A stretch of DNA of 64,000 bases from Octopus bimaculoides (Eukaryota). The notes under the pieces are model-generated. The model was not told the origin of the DNA. It worked only from the letters and a program-made list of their open reading frames with translations, and made no database searches. Shown here in pieces: positions 1-12,180 of the stretch (its first letter is position 1; the number at the start of each line of letters is the position of its first letter). The stretch is from NCBI RefSeq assembly GCF_001194135.2, contig NC_068982.1:121814064-121878063 (forward strand). Reading direction: 5' to 3'. The position numbers were made by a program, and so were the translations under genes.

Positions 1-54
1 AAGAAAGAGTGAGGGAAAGTTATAGTGAAAGAGTACAGCAGAGTTCACCACCAT

Positions 55-165
55 CCCCTGCGGAACCTCAGGTGTTTTCGCTCAATAAACACTCACAACG
101 CCCGGTCTGGGAATCGAAACTGCGATCCTATGACCGCGAGTCTGCTGCCCTAACCACTGGGCCAT
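55..165 (-). mobile_element. tRNA-derived SINE head (cut by gap)
   Basis: The minus strand reads TGGCCCAGTGGTTAGGGCAGC...GTTTCGATTCCCAGACC, i.e. Pol III A-box and B-box spacing, followed by non-tRNA body sequence. Confidence 0.7.
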
Positions 166-983
166 NNNNNNNNNNNNNNNNNNNNNNNNNNNNNNNNNNN
201 NNNNNNNNNNNNNNNNNNNNNNNNNNNNNNNNNNNNNNNNNNNNNNNNNNNNNNNNNNNNNNNNNNNNNNNNNNNNNNNNNNNNNNNNNNNNNNNNNNNN
301 NNNNNNNNNNNNNNNNNNNNNNNNNNNNNNNNNNNNNNNNNNNNNNNNNNNNNNNNNNNNNNNNNNNNNNNNNNNNNNNNNNNNNNNNNNNNNNNNNNNN
401 NNNNNNNNNNNNNNNNNNNNNNNNNNNNNNNNNNNNNNNNNNNNNNNNNNNNNNNNNNNNNNNNNNNNNNNNNNNNNNNNNNNNNNNNNNNNNNNNNNNN
501 NNNNNNNNNNNNNNNNNNNNNNNNNNNNNNNNNNNNNNNNNNNNNNNNNNNNNNNNNNNNNNNNNNNNNNNNNNNNNNNNNNNNNNNNNNNNNNNNNNNN
601 NNNNNNNNNNNNNNNNNNNNNNNNNNNNNNNNNNNNNNNNNNNNNNNNNNNNNNNNNNNNNNNNNNNNNNNNNNNNNNNNNNNNNNNNNNNNNNNNNNNN
701 NNNNNNNNNNNNNNNNNNNNNNNNNNNNNNNNNNNNNNNNNNNNNNNNNNNNNNNNNNNNNNNNNNNNNNNNNNNNNNNNNNNNNNNNNNNNNNNNNNNN
801 TATATATATATATATATATGTATATATATGTATATATATGTAAATCTCTACCAAATATTTGGTAAAATATTGTACCTGTTATCAAAGTAACAAAATTCTC
901 ACTTGAAAAGTTGTTTATACTATAAAAGTTGTTTATAATATAAAGACTTTCAAATATGTGATACAATTTTGGGTGCATATCAG

Positions 984-1091
984 TTTAAATAAGAGCCATA
1001 ACACAATCCTATAATAAAACTTGTTTAATATCCTGTGCATAGGATATTAAACAAGTTTTATTATAGGATTGCATTATGGCTCTTATTTAAA
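984..1091. repeat. 108-bp near-perfect palindrome (54-bp arms, no loop)
   Basis: 984-1037 is the reverse complement of 1038-1091, apart from 1002/1073, 1003/1072 and a G-T pair at 1035/1040. Confidence 0.95.
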
Positions 1092-1182
1092 TATATATGT
1101 GTGTGTGTGTGTGTGTGTGTATAGTAAGTATATTCTGTTTGTTAAATGTGTGTGTGGTGAAGAATTCAATGAAATCTTGCTA

Positions 1183-1185
<3 letters not shown>

Positions 1186-1215
<30 letters not shown>

Positions 1216-2680
1216 GTTTAACGTCCGCTTTCTATGCTAGCATGGGTTGGACGATTTGACTGAGGACTGGCAAGCCAGAAGGCTGCACCAGGCTCCAATC
1301 TGATCTGGCAGAGTTTCTACAGCTGGATGCCCTTTCTAACGCCAACCACTCTGAGAGTGTAGTGGGTGCTTTAATGTGCCACTGGCACGAGGGCCAGTCA
1401 CAAAGTACTGGCAACGGCCACGCTCAAAAGGTAATTTTTACGTGCCACCTGCACGGGAGCCAGTCCAGCGGCACTGGCAACGACCTCGCTCGAATGATTT
1501 TCTAACGTGCCACCAGCAAAAGTGCTAGAAGGCAACGCTGGTAATGATTACACTTTAATGGTGCTATTTACGGGCCACTAGCACAGAAGCCAGACAGCTG
1601 CTCTGGCAATGAACACGCTCAACAGTGCTGTTAGTGCTCCACTGGCGCAGTGACCAGTCATTGAGTATGGTTCAATTACGATTTTACTTGCTCCAACNNN
1701 NNNNNNNNNNNNNNNNNNNNNNNNNNNNNNNNNNNNNNNNNNNNNNNNNNNNNNNNNNNNNNNNNNNNNNNNNNNNNNNNNNNNNNNNNNNNNNNNNNNN
1801 NNNNNNNNNNNNNNNNNNNNNNNNNNNNNNNNNNNNNNNNNNNNNNNNNNNNNNNNNNNNNNNNNNNNNNNNNNNNNNNNNNNNNNNNNNNNNNNNNNNN
1901 NNNNNNNNNNNNNNNNNNNNNNNNNNNNNNNNNNNNNNNNNNNNNNNNNNNNNNNNNNNNNNNNNNNNNNNNNNNCGTGCTTCACCACCTCATCCCAGAT
2001 CTTCCTGGGTCTACCTCTTCCACAGGTTCCCTCAACTGCTAGGGTGTGGCACTTTTTCACACAGCTATCCTCATCCATTCTTGCCACATGTCTATACCAG
2101 CACAATCGTCTCTCTTGCACACCACAACTGATGCTTCTTAGGTCTAACTTTTCTCTCAAGGTACTTAAATTCTGTCGAGTATGCACACTTACATTACACA
2201 TCCATCGGAGCATACTGGCTTCGTTTCTTGCAAGCTTACGCATATCCTCAGCAGTCACGGTCCATGTTTCACTGCCATGTAGCATGGCTGTTCGTACACA
2301 TGTGTCATGCAGTCTGCCTTTTACTCTGAGTGAGAGGCTCTTTGACACCAGCAGAGGTAAGAGCTCTCTAAACTTTGCCCAGGCTGTTCTTATTCTAGCA
2401 GCTACACTTTCAGTGCACTCTCCCCCGCTACAAACTTGGTCACCTAGGTAGCAGAAGCTATCAACTACTTCTAGTTTTTCACCCTGGAGTGTGGTAAAAG
2501 TTGTTTTCTGCACGTTCTCAGTGTTTATTGCTCCTGAGGATCTGTCACATACAAAAACTATCTTGCTAGTTAGCCTTCCTTTGATATTGCTGCACCTCTT
2601 ATGTGTCCATAGCTTACACTGGGTACAGATCAAGCAGGGCTCCACTACTCCTTTACAAAAATTGACCTCACCCTTCACTC
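1186..2680 (-). mobile_element. RTE-clade LINE, 3' portion (RT C-terminus, 3' UTR with tandem repeats, (GAT)n tail)
   Basis: ORF 1578-2678 contains LEVVDSFCYLGD, AWAKFRELLPLL, MLHGSETW and GRGRPRKIWDEV, typical of the RTE ORF2 C-terminus. The (ATC)n run at 1186-1216 is the tail on the minus strand. Confidence 0.9.
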
Positions 2681-3307
2681 ACCATGATCGAATAATTTAT
2701 AATGTGAGGAATTTAAAACAAAACTTCCAAGTCAAAATTATAAGTTGATATTATATTTGATTGCAATAAAGTAGGATAAGTGTATGAAATATATTACTGA
2801 TATTTAGCTACAAAATGTGTGCAAGTAGAAAGAAGTGTGGCTATCACAATATATTCAAGGTCACATTTTACTTGAGTAAATTAAATGCAATAATTTTTTT
2901 TTAAACCAGTTCTTGAAAATTTCATTTCATTAAAAAATTTATACTGTACATATCATTCAGCATCTCCATACACGTTTGACTCATCTCAATGCATACCATT
3001 TGCCTTATCTGACTTATTTCCCTTAGATACAGTTTATATTACTTCTTTATGAATTAGTGTTGGTCTCTCTTTCAGTTGTCCTTTTCTCCTTTTTCTAATA
3101 CAATGAGGTTTGATATGAACAGACAGTACAGTGTTCACTTACACACTGCTCCATTAATTTGTAAAAACATTGTCAATAATATGAAACTAAAAATAATCAG
3201 TGTACAGAGAGAGAGAGAGAGAAGCAGGGAGAGAAAAAGGGGAGAGAGAATGAACTCATCTTTTTGTTTCATAAATTGAGTTGTCAGTCCTTTTCCCATC
3301 TTTCCAG

Positions 3308-3422
3308 GAATTATTCTTGTTCATGACTTGACAAATCGGAAATCTCACCAGAATTTAAGGAAATGGTTGACAGAAGTTTTAAACAAAGGAACCAGTAAAG
3401 GAAACAACAGGGAATACAATGA
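3308..3422 (+). CDS. RABL3: RABL3 internal exon: (G)IILVHDLTNRKSHQNLRKWLTEVLNKGTSKGNNREYN(E)
   Basis: ttccag acceptor and gtaagc donor. The peptide matches the GIILVHDLTN(K/R)KS..NL..W motif of RABL3. Phase is compatible with the next exon. Confidence 0.95.
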
Positions 3423-3721
3423 GTAAGCAGACTTTTATCGAACCATTTTGTTTCTGCTTGAGCCCTCACTCACATTACCATTGTCACTTTTTATTTGGTC
3501 ATCATCATCATCATCATCATCATTATGTATATGTATGATTTATTCTGTAAAAATCACAAGTCTCACTTAATAATTATCGATGTATTATAGCAAAAATGGC
3601 AGATAAAAATGTCCTATAGTGTGCATTCCAGCCCTCTACAATTTGAGTTCATGTCCTGTTAAGGTCACCTTTGCCGTTCATATTTGCAGTTGATAAATAA
3701 ATTACCAGTCCACTATATTGA

Positions 3722-3723
3722 TT

Positions 3724-3822
<99 letters not shown>

Positions 3823-3850
3823 ACCAATCTATCTATCTATCTACCAATCT
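3722..3850. repeat. (CT)n then (CTAT)n microsatellite
   Basis: Read directly from the sequence. Confidence 0.95.
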
Positions 3851-4189
3851 CTCATACCTGTAATTCATAAGGCCAGCCTTGTGACTTTGTTTCATAAGTA
3901 CATATGTCTAGATATTAATTATATATTAATTTCAGAAATAGGAATTTAGTTGGTCAACCATCTTATTCCTTGATTGATGATTAAAAACAATTACTGGTCA
4001 AGAACTGAGATTGATCTAATTAACTATTCTTTCCAACCAGGATTTGCAGGATTTTGTATCTATGTTAGAAATTAACATTTTATTGATTAAATATTGTATA
4101 ACTATCCAAAATCTTCTGCCTTCCTATCATCTTTATATCTTTATCAGCTCTATTTGCTTTTAGTCAAGTAATGATTGTCTTCTTTGTAG

Positions 4190-4340
4190 GTGTGATTTTG
4201 ATCCTGAACAATTTGCTGGTAACCAGATACCAATATTGGTAGTCGGAACCAAAGTTGATCTAGCACAAAGTCTGCGAGACAATTTTCTCTCCAAACGCTC
4301 AACAGTTGCTGAGGAATGTGGTGCTGGTGAAATAAACTTA
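4190..4340 (+). CDS. RABL3: RABL3 internal exon: CDFDPEQFAGNQIPILVVGTKVDLAQSLRDNFLSKRSTVAEECGAGEINL
   Basis: ttgtag acceptor and gtaagt donor. Contains EQFA.NQIP.LV.GTK.D (the G4-type TKxD motif of RABL3) and EINL. 151 nt, phase 2 to phase 0. Confidence 0.96.
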
Positions 4341-5790
4341 GTAAGTCAATATTATCTGGGATTTATTTCTCACAGTTAGTAACTGTTTGATGATTAATAT
4401 GTCTGATAGATATAACACAGATGACAGAAAAATAGGGTTATAAATAAAGGATGGTGATACTATTGGTGTAATGTATATGTCAGTGGTATGACGAAAGCAG
4501 GCAAGAAAGAGTATACAGTGTATTTGAAGAGACTATGGAATATGTGTCAATAATGTGATGTTATACAGTACTGGTGACTGGCAAGACTATATGGTGTATG
4601 TGTTAGTTGTATGATGTTGGTAGAGGACCTGTAGTGACAGGAATGACTGTTTCAGTAGTGTTGTATGGTAGTGAATACAGAGAGCTAAGTTTGATGATGG
4701 CTTGCCTCCTAGTTGTATTTATCATGTGAGCTTTGAATAACATCCTCAACCACCAATCTATCAAGTTTTTGAATTGCCAACTTATGAATTTTCATTGTTG
4801 ACAAATTTCTAAATTGCATGAATTTTTTTTATTGACTTTGATGTATGAAGTTAGCTTCTTTATTTTGTTTGCAGTTTTAAGTTAGTTATAGGGTGACTTC
4901 TCTTGTGGTATTAAACTAAATATGGTGAAGTCAGAAGGCTTAAGTGTTGTATGTTTTGCATTTTGGTGTACATGATGCAAATGGTCTTCAGTTACTATTT
5001 TGTGACCTCTAAAGAGCTGTAATTTGTACATTATGCCTTTTATTTTATGTTGTGTTTGATACTAATGAACTCTATGCTTGACATGCATAATCAAATATTG
5101 GCTTATCACTTACTTTGTTGGTTGCTTTAATTGTGAATTTATCTTGTCCCAAGTATTGTCAACCTATAATTTTAAAGTCAGATTTCTCTGCCAGCCAGTG
5201 ATTTAAGGATATGGCTTCTCTTGAACATGAGGTCTTCATTCATTTACTACAGTCTGGTGAAAAAGTGAACATTGTCTCAAATGTGATTTTTTTTGTATCT
5301 TGGATTGTTACTCCAAGATAGTTAGTTTGTGGCTAGGAACTTGGAGAGAATAATGGAATTGGACAGTTTAGGGGATGAACAAAGTTGACATAAGTGCTAA
5401 AAGTTGCTATCCTCTGCCTGAAAAAGAGAAAATAGAGTAGCACTTCCAATATAGAACCATATTCCAAACAGAATGCAAATTACTCTACTAAACTTACCCA
5501 AAACACAGTCCTTATGTATAGTTCATCTTAGAACTTCCAAAACACAGTTTTTTTGGCAAAGATATAGTCAGTATTGCCTAGTTTGCTCTGAATACTACTA
5601 TTCAAAGCTAGGATTGAATGAAACCTAAGGATTAAAAGAAAATGGATATGTTGTGGTTGTGGAAAACAACTATTCAAGACGAAAATCCTAGAGGTTAAGC
5701 ATGTTGGTCAGTTGACTTAAATCAACTTATCCCAGGCATTAAATGTATTCATTAGCTCTACTAATGAGCAAATCCATGTTTCTATTGCAG

Positions 5791-5862
5791 GATTGTAAAC
5801 AAAAGAAATTCCTGGCTCCTGGATCTACCAATGCAGTAAAGGTGGCCAAATTTTTTGATAAG
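5791..5862 (+). CDS. RABL3: RABL3 internal exon: DCKQKKFLAPGSTNAVKVAKFFDK
   Basis: ttgcag acceptor and gtatt donor. 72 nt, in frame. Matches the DC.....LA.GS.NAVK..(R/K)FFDK segment of RABL3. Confidence 0.95.
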
Positions 5863-6540
5863 GTATTATTATACACTTAACCCCTCTTCCTACTTGTATT
5901 TTGACCAGACATCTTAGCAACATCACTCTACATTCCTCAGTTTCTCCTCTCATTAAACTTCATACCACAGTTCAATGGGTGGTATTCAGAAAAGATGATG
6001 TCTGACTATCAAAAGGTCAACCTAAGACATTTTAATGCTACTATGGCCATTCTACTCATCTTACTGTGTAATACTGCTTGCCTCAGTCTGCCATCCTAAT
6101 ATCAGGTACTTCTCCTACTTTACAGCTGAGTGGTTAATGTTCATAACTGATATCCAATTATAAACACAAACTTTGTAACAGGGTACAACTGTCTATGTTA
6201 ATGTGAGAGGGAGGGTTTAAAACTGTAAAAAGGCATTTTCCACTTCATTGTTTTAATTAGTTAGTCTAAGAGAGAGAAGATAATGCTAATAACCTATATA
6301 AACCCTCGTAGATGGAGGTGAGGTATGGTTAACTACTGGAAGTTAGTCTCATCTATTGGTGGCAGAGGTAAAAACATGGACAAGGAAGGAGTTCCAGAGG
6401 TTTAGTTCTGTGTAAGGATTGTACTAATGGTATACTAATTCTGATGTACTATATGAATTGTTTGGGCAAGTGATTTTACACTTGGATACCTCGACTTAAA
6501 GATAACTATTCAATTTTGTTATCATGTATTCATTGTTGAT

Positions 6541-7790
6541 CATCATCATCATTTAAGGTCCGTTGTCCATGTTGGCATGGGCTGAAAAGTTTGACCAGGG
6601 CTGGCGAGCTGGAAGGTTGCACCAGACTTCAGTCTGATTTGGCATGGTTTCTATGGCTGGATGCCCTTCCTAATGCCAACCACTCCGAGAGTGTAATGGA
6701 TGCTTTTACATGTCACCAGCACAAGTGTCATTTGTGTGATACCAATATCTGCCATAACTTAGATTTTACTTGGCTTGATGGATCTTCTTCTCAAGTGCAA
6801 CATAATGCTAAAGGTGTCAGTCATTCATTATTGTACCCATGAGGCCCAACACTCGAAAGGAGCTTTTCATGTGCCACCGGCATCAGCCACTTTGCCTCTG
6901 TGAGGCCCAACACTTGAAAGGTGCTTTTTATATGCCACTGGCATGGGTGCCAGTTACATGACACCAGCATCTGCCACAACTATGATTTCACTTGACTTGA
7001 CAGGTCTTCTCAAGCACAGCATATCACCAAAGGTCCCAGTCACTAGTCATTTCCTCTGTGAGGCTCAGAGTTCAAAACTCATGTTTCATCACCTCATCCC
7101 ATATATTCCTGAGTCTACCGCTACCACAGATTTCCTCCACAGTTAAAGATTGGCACTTCTTTATACAGCTGTCCTCATTCATACACATCACATGACCATA
7201 TCAGCACAGTCGTCTCTCTTGCACACCACATCTGATACCTCTTATGCCCAACTGTTCTTTCAAGATGCTTACACTCTGTCAAACATGCACACTGACATTG
7301 CACATCCAGCAAAGCATACTGGCTTCATTTCTTTCAAGCTATGCATGTCTTCAGCTGCCACAGCCCATGTTTCACTGCCATATAGCATAGCTGTTCACAC
7401 TCAGGCATCGTACAATCTGCTTTCACTCTGAGAAAGAGGCCCTTTGTTGCCAGCAGTGGTAGAAGCTCTCTGAAATTTGCCCAACCTATTTTTAATCTCA
7501 CAGCTACACTCTCGGAGTATCCACCTCTGCTAGTAACTTGGTCACCTAGATAACAGAAGCTATCTACTACCTCTGGCTTCCCCCTCACAGTTGATGGAGT
7601 CTATTTTCTGTACATTGTTGGTGTTTATTGTACCTGTGCATCTTCCACACACAAAAGTTATTTTCCTTGTTACCTTCCTCTGATATTGCTGCACCTCTTA
7701 TATGTCCATAGCTTACACCAGGTGCATCTTATGGAGTTTCTACCTACGCCTTTTCTACAAATCAAGCAGGGCCATCTACCTGAAGGGATC
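6541..7790 (-). mobile_element. RTE-clade LINE 3' fragment in a RABL3 intron
   Basis: EVVDSFCYLGDQV and WANFRELLPLL on the minus strand. Same 3' UTR and (ATC)n tail family as 1186-2680. Confidence 0.85.
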
Positions 7791-9960
7791 CTCTTGTTAA
7801 TATTGTTATGCATGTCTTGTTGCTGTTGTTGTTATTGATAGCTGATTCTTCCTAGGGCTTATGTGTTATTTATCTATCATTTTTGAAAAACAGCCAAAAC
7901 AACAAAAGAGAACACAGCCACACAAGTGACCAGGACTTTGTGATTGCTCCAAACTCTACTACATTTTGTGTGAGGAAATTATAGAAGTGGCAGTATTTCA
8001 TTGGCACAGATGACCAATGCAATGGAAGGTTTGCCATCTGTTTGTAGTTTCAAGACATTCAAGAACTCCAAACTTAGATTGTACTCGGGGCAGGCTGCAA
8101 TGGATGATCAGCTTCACTTTCTTTTTTCTAACTTCCTTGGCCAGTATGAAGGTGAATGAGATCATTGGGGGTGTATCAAGGATACACTGGGATGACTAGG
8201 ATGATCTATGTTTCTCACTATTCTCTGAGGCACACATTCCTGTATGACTGCTGGATATTGCTCTTGCTCATTGAAAGTTAACCATTGATGGCTGGCATTC
8301 CTGTGTAATCCACTAAAATCCAGCTGTCACATGCATCATAAACATGCATATACACACAATTGACTCTTTCGAGTTCATTCACCCTTCAACTTGGTTTCGT
8401 TTTTCATCCTACAGAGTGTCCAGTACTCACTCTCCTCTTCAAGCAGGTTTGCTGGGGTTGTTGGTTTAATCATCAGCAACCCAACCATTCAACAAGTGGT
8501 ACTGAGTTACACAGTATCAATAGTGCTCATGAACATTCTCACATTAGGACTTGTGTAAACTTCAACTGAATCCATAATTTGTTATTTTCTATATAAAGAC
8601 TGGTAGAGATAAATGTGTAATGTATTGTCATTGACCATATAAGAACAAATTAGATAAATATTTAATTTACTGTCATTGACTATATAAAGACACTTATCAT
8701 TGTCATCATCATCCCCATTATACATCTGTTTATCCATGTTGACATGGGTTGGGCAGGTTTCACAGCATGTTGTCACTTGAGGTGTTTCATCATCTGACGC
8801 TTAGTAATAAAGGAAATTAATCAACTTTGTTGTTATGTCTGTCCTTTTCTTTTTTTTTTTTTTTNNNNNNNNNNTTTTTTTTTTTTTTTTTTTGTACAAG
8901 AATTTTATGTCCAATTACTTTACAGAGTGAAGTAAATGCATTTTAGTATACCAACAGCACTGGATAGGCTGTTTTTCTGTTCAGCTAAACTTTCTTCTCT
9001 ACTCTACATCAGTTACTATTGTCCCTTTGATGGCTTCTCTGTTTTTGGAATGGTTTTACAGTTAGTTTCCATTATTTAGAATTATTATTACCATCCTATG
9101 TGTGTGGATGGGGGTTTGTATTTGTTGTGTATTTGCATTTAAATGTGAGCTCTTAGAAAATATGGTTATATAAATAGGAGGGCTGTTACATTGGTACTCT
9201 GTAGTAACAAGGTTTGAAGCTGTATCTACAACATAAGTAGATAAAGGGGGTACTTATTAAAGCAACTGGATAGGTATACTAAGTGTCAGGCTCTGTAGAC
9301 TAGGATAATATTTTATACTTACCTAAGTACTAAGTAAAAGTTAAAAGATGGCTACAGAGATTAGCAGCAGTATCAGTCAAAGGAAATGTTAAATGTAGTT
9401 AAACATCAAGGTAAATCTATCTGAAGCTAACTCCAAGATATAGATGGTGGAGGAGGAGCATTTGGCTGCCGGGTGGGGAGGGGGTAATTAGTGTGATGGA
9501 GCAGTATAGCAGAGTTGGTATAAAACTAGCTGTGACATGTAGATGCTATGACTAATTATCATCATCATCATCATCATCATCAAATTTCCATGCATGCATA
9601 AGCTGGATGAGTCTTCTCATGCACAGGAGACTTTGCTTGTCACCTAGCTTCACACCATTACCTGGTACCTTAGATGCCTTTAGCTGAGTCCTCTCTTTTG
9701 CAAGCATTCAGGCCAGGTTTCCAGTTTGAGGATATCTTCCTCCCTAGCTTCCCACCCTTCATGCAAGCCATGTAAAAGCATCATAGGCACTGCCTTCCCT
9801 TCTGATTAAAGATTAGAAAAAAATCAGTGTCTTGCCATTTCTTGGGGTCCCTTGCTCATCTGAAGCAGGCCTTCTTGTGATCCATCTTCAGTTCAGCTTT
9901 CACCAACTTCTGGATCTTCCTCTTCCACAGGATCCTTCCTCTAGGATTGCTTGACACTTT

Positions 9961-10380
9961 TTACCCATCATCATTATCATCATTATCCATGCTGGCATGA
10001 GTTGGACGGTATGACCAGGGCTGGCAAGCTGGAAGGCTGCACCAGACCCCAGTCTGATTTGGTATGGTTTCTACGGCTGGATGCCCTTCCATCTTCCATA
10101 TATCTTTCTTAAACTTTCTCTTTTTTCTAGGCATCCTCTTCTGACAGTACACGATACATCCTCACCCATTCACTGTTCACATTTCCATACCAGCACAGTC
10201 ATCTCTACACTATACATTAGTTGATCTCTTCACTGACTAGCCACTCAACTAGCTCATTTATGATCTGTCTCTCATATAGTTTAATATTACACATCCACAG
10301 TCACTTCATTTCTCCCCAGCCTCTACATACCTTCTATATCCACTGTCCATGAGAAACAGTATGATTTCAACATGTGCTTC
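9961..10380 (-). mobile_element. RTE-type 3' end plus degenerate RT C-terminal fragment
   Basis: The shared 3' UTR block (...ggaaggctgcaccagaccccagtctgatttgg...ggatgcccttcc) follows an (ATC)-like tail. Confidence 0.7.
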
Positions 10381-10555
10381 AACTACTTCTGTACCTTATC
10401 AGCTATGTGTTTTTTTTTTATTATTACAGGCATTTAATGAAATCACTTAGTCAACTGCCACTTTGATGTGGTTTATGAATTTGTTCATGTTTAAGGGAGC
10501 CAGCTTGTCTTAATTTTAGATAAAATTTGTTAATGTTATTTCTGTTTCATTGCAG

Positions 10556-10597
10556 GTTATTGAGCGCAGGTTTTACAACCGAGAACTGGGAGGTCAG
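10556..10597 (+). CDS. RABL3: RABL3 internal exon: VIERRFYNRELGGQ
   Basis: cattgcag acceptor and gtaggt donor. 42 nt. Continues FFDK into VIE(K/R)R as in RABL3. Confidence 0.9.
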
Positions 10598-11059
10598 GTA
10601 GGTAGATGATCTCATGTCTATTGGAATTCTCTACATAGATATGCTTGCTTTGTTTTCATAGTACAACTAAGTAATCTTTTGTGTTATTTGACATATTCCG
10701 TCATCAACCTGAAGCAATTAAGCAATAAGACTCTGTATTACATGAGCATGGGGTTATGAGAAATGGTTGAAGCATAGCCTAATCATTGAGACAGTGGTCA
10801 TGAATGACAATGATGTATATGTAAGCTGGTGGGCTGGTTGTGTGATACTGAACAGCTGAAGGTGTAGTATAGTATAGTGTAGTGGACATTAAGGCAATAA
10901 TGTGATATGGTATAATCAGTGGTAGTAGACAATGTTATGTGGTAATGGTACACAGCTCTCACACTGTTACACATATTTCTCATCCACAGTTACATGTACG
11001 AGTATACATATCTTATTGTGCACACAGTTTCACATTGACATACACACCTTCACTCACAC

Positions 11060-11770
11060 ATACTTACACATCACTTTTATGAGCTTGAGCTCCCTCATCT
11101 GGTGGTCAGTGCTGAAGCTAGGGATAATAGATGAGTGGTTAGCAAGAGCTGTACAAGCAATGTACAGGGATGCTGTCATAAGGTGAAAGCTGGCAACAAG
11201 TATAGCAATGAATTCAGTGTACAGGTAGGAATTCACCAAGGATCAGTTCTTAGCCCACTCTTGTTCATCATAGTCCTCTAGGCTGTAACAGAAGAATTTG
11301 ACAGGATGCTCTTAGGAGCTTCTCCATGCCGATGACCTTGTTCTTATAGCTGAATCAAACCAGAACTAGAGAAGAAATTTCAGGTGTGGCAGCAAAGTCT
11401 GGAATCAAAGGGCCTTAGAGTTAATTTAGCAAAGAACAAAATCCTAGTAAGTAGGAAAACAGACAAATCACAAATCCCTTCAAAGAGATAGCTCTCCTCG
11501 ATATGCAGAAAAGGTGTAGGTAGAAACTCCATAAGGTGTACCCAGTGTGAGCTATGGACACATAAAAACTGCAACAGTATCAGAGGGAGGTTAACATATA
11601 AAATACAACCAGTATTCTTTATGGAGTGGTTGGCATTAAGAAGAGCATCCAGCCGTAGAAATCAAACCAAAACAGACAATTGGAGCCTGGTGCAGCTATT
11701 TGGCTTGCCAGTTCCAGTCAAACCATCTAACCCATGCTAGCATGGAAAACAGTTGCTAAATGATGATGAG
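11060..11770 (+). mobile_element. RTE-clade RT fragment with 3' end
   Basis: GIHQGSVLSPLLFIIVL and ELLHADDLVLIAES (RT motifs) with stops and frameshifts, followed by the shared 3' end and (GAT)n. Confidence 0.85.
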
Positions 11771-11891
11771 TCTGTGGCCATATTGAAGCTCACACACATG
11801 TATATTTTCTTTCTCTCTGTCTCACTCACACACACATACCTGTCACTATTTCATACAAATGTTCCAGTAACCTTATTCATCTTCTCTATAG

Positions 11892-11927
11892 GCAGCCATG
11901 TTATCAGGCTTCATTAGAAGAACTTAG
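11892..11927 (+). CDS. RABL3: Probable RABL3 terminal coding exon: AAMLSGFIRRT*
   Basis: Strong polypyrimidine tract (ttattcatcttctctatag), in phase with the previous exon. SGF.RR loosely resembles the vertebrate PGFPDRKR tail. An alternative AG 4 nt downstream is also open. Confidence 0.55.
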   Translation, partial: AAMLSGFIRRT

Positions 11928-12180
11928 TCTCAGGTGAGACATTACTACTTTCTATGATTACCTAACTTAGCTTGTCTCAAGTGGACCATCACTTCTTTCT
12001 ATAATTATTTAATCTACCTTGTCTCAGGTAAGACATCACTACTTACTACAATAACCTAACTTAGCTTGTCTCAGGTGAGATATCACTGCTTTCTAAGGTA
12101 ACCTAACTTAGCTTGTTTCAGATGTGACATCACTGCTTACTGCTATTAACTTCTTTACCTAGTCTTTCAGGTGAAACTTC
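11921..12180 (+). repeat. 47-bp minisatellite, about 6 units, each junction CAG|GT-like
   Basis: Junctions at 11933, 11980, 12027, 12074, 12121 and 12170. Consensus approximately gtgagacatcactactttctataataacctaacttagcttgtctcag. Confidence 0.9.

Noticed and set aside
55-165. Possible tRNA gene
   Set aside because: A and B boxes are present but there is no full cloverleaf, and it continues into SINE body. I found no genuine tRNA or rRNA genes in the window.
9-978. Long ORFs spanning the first gap (and similar ORFs at 40537-41475 and 42592-43498)
   Set aside because: They are open only because N runs translate as X. The flanking residues are SINE, LINE, Tc1 or (TA)n sequence.
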